Part shown: piece after piece, positions 62,367 through 64,000 of the stretch | Numbering within the stretch: the first letter of the stretch is position 1 | Layout: every line of letters begins with the position of its first letter | Source of the DNA: Chlorokybus atmophyticus | Lineage: Eukaryota; Plantae; Mesostigma and Chlorokybus algae | Assembly (NCBI GenBank): GCA_009103225.1 | Contig: RHPI01000260.1 | Location: forward strand, 131,156 to 195,155 | Direction: 5' to 3' | Length of the DNA stretch: 64,000 nucleotides | Program-made: the position numbers and the translations under genes | The notes under the pieces: generated by a model | What the model was told of the DNA's origin: nothing | What the model saw: only the letters and a program-made list of their open reading frames with translations | Databases searched by the model: none

Positions 62367-63840
62367 CCTGGCCGGTGGTGTTGGCGTGCGGGATGGTGGG
62401 TTCGTTGGTGTTATCGTCGGCGTTGCTGGTGCTGCTTCGGTACCTCGCGGGTCTGATGGCGTGGGTAATCGTGTTCGGCGCTAGCGGAACTCTTCATGGT
62501 CATGATGTTCTTGTACATGAAGTCGGGACTTAACTCACATCAGCCAATCATCCTCCGCATTCCACGCCGAGATAGATGTAGGGTATCATTCAACCATTTG
62601 CGATTTGACAACAGTAATTGACTCACTCCATACTGCAGTTCCCTTCTGCGTTGGATGCATCTGCGACGGACAGGAAGCTATTCGCGGTGGCGGCTTACAT
62701 CGCCACGGCCATGTCCGTCATCATCTTCCTCCTCACCATCGTGCTCGCCAAGCGTAGCGCCGTCGCGGTCACATGTCTGAGAGTCGCTCAGGCGAGCACG
62801 TAACAGCTTCGTCATCAAAGCATGAACACAATCCCCATATATATATTGTCTCATTAAGGCTCTGGCAACGATGCCGCATCTAATGCTGTGCCCTCTGATC
62901 ACCTTCACCGCGACAGTGGCGCTGGTGGTGTACTGGGTCTGCATCGCCGCCATGCTGTACAGCTCGGGCACCGTAAAAAGGCGGCGGGTGAGAGTCTGCA
63001 CTTGTGGTTGACGCACGCATACACGCACGCAGGCAGGCGCACAGACACGCGCACAGACATGCGCACACGCACTCACCCACACTTCCAGGTACAAGGTGAA
63101 GTGGGATCAGGACCTCCGTTCCGTGGCAGTGTACCACCTGATCGACCTGCTGTGGACAAACCAGCCCAGTTCATTGCCGGCCTTGACCAGGTCAACACTC
63201 AAAGCAAGAGCAAACTTGTCAGTACAAACACGCCAGAAACTTGACAACACACAGTCAACACAAACTCCCGCGCGCAGACGGTGATAGCGGGTGCGGTTGC
63301 CAACTTCAACTGGACTCGTGGCGAATCCAGCGTCATGCTCGGTAGCCCCGCGATATCCTCCATATGGCGCACATTGCGTTACCACCTCGGCTCCATCGCA
63401 TTCAGTTCTCTCATCGTCCAATCCTTCCGCATCATGTTGGAATACATCAACAAGAAGACCCGCGTTACTTCAACAACGCAGCGAGATGCTTCGCATGCTG
63501 ATGTGCTCCGCGCGTTGCACCGCGTGGTTGCTTGCGAAAAGCTGCAGTGCTTACATCATGGTGGCCGTGAAAGGCACGGGTTACTGCACCTTGGCTTCGC
63601 GTGCCGTTGTATTACTCGTCCCCAATGTACTGCGTGTGGCTGCGGTCAGTACTGTTGGGGATATTCTGATATGGTTGGCGAAGCTTGCGGTCATGGCGGC
63701 GTGCAGGGTGCTGGAAATTTTTGTATTGGCTTGGCGCCCAACTACACCGACCCGGCACGTACGACGTACCTGTCGAGGCGCTGTTTCCGGTCATATTCAC
63801 GATGCTCGTAGCCTACTTCATCGCAGCACACCTTTATGCA
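62367..63840 (+). pseudogene. Choline transporter-like (CTL/SLC44) fragment, C-terminal half, with several frameshifts
   Basis: LLVLLRYLAGLMAWV; FLYMKSG; YHLIDLLWT..QFIAG; VIAGAVANFNW; LRYHLGSIAFSSLI; AYIMVAVKGTGYC..NVLRVAAVSTVGDILIWLAKL; homologous blocks fall in different frames; no N-terminal exons between the PTB stop and 62367. Confidence 0.8.
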
Positions 63841-64000
63841 GGCAAGGATGCAACAGGATTGGTTACTCTATTGCATCTTACGATCCTTCTTTTTTCTGCT
63901 GCGCACACACTCGCGCACATGCACACGCAAGCGGGCTCGGGCACACACGCATGCCTACATGCGCACCCACCCACATGCAGGTAGCATCCCTAACCCACCC

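Overview
Eukaryotic nuclear DNA, about 50% GC, with short GT-AG introns and four N gaps. The gene set (plant-type dNK, plastid-type MutS2, GT47, PTB/PHO4 Na+/Pi symporter, plus a centriole-type protein) suggests a green alga, possibly an early-diverging streptophyte; this is inference. Intact genes: MutS2 (5' part, minus), a CEP85-like coiled-coil gene, NRDE2, a small two-exon DAD1 (DASH/Dam1 kinetochore) homolog missed by the ORF track, a secreted SUEL-lectin gene, phosducin-like PhLP2, a GT47 exostosin, deoxynucleoside kinase and a PTB phosphate symporter. A frameshifted CTL/SLC44 fragment ends the window. There are two accessory zones. (1) About 14-26 kb: a scrambled PTB pseudogene (exons in both orientations) interleaved with three copies of an unclassified ~500 bp palindrome-rich repeat, a nested hairpin and a solo LTR. 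(2) About 38-56 kb: a nested transposon cluster. A minus-strand PHD-finger Ty3/Gypsy remnant is split by a half-tRNA-primed Copia (itself carrying solo LTRs), two head-to-head TRIMs with perfect TSDs, and a cassette with a decayed phage-type C5 cytosine methyltransferase. All family assignments come from motif recognition by eye; no database search was run.
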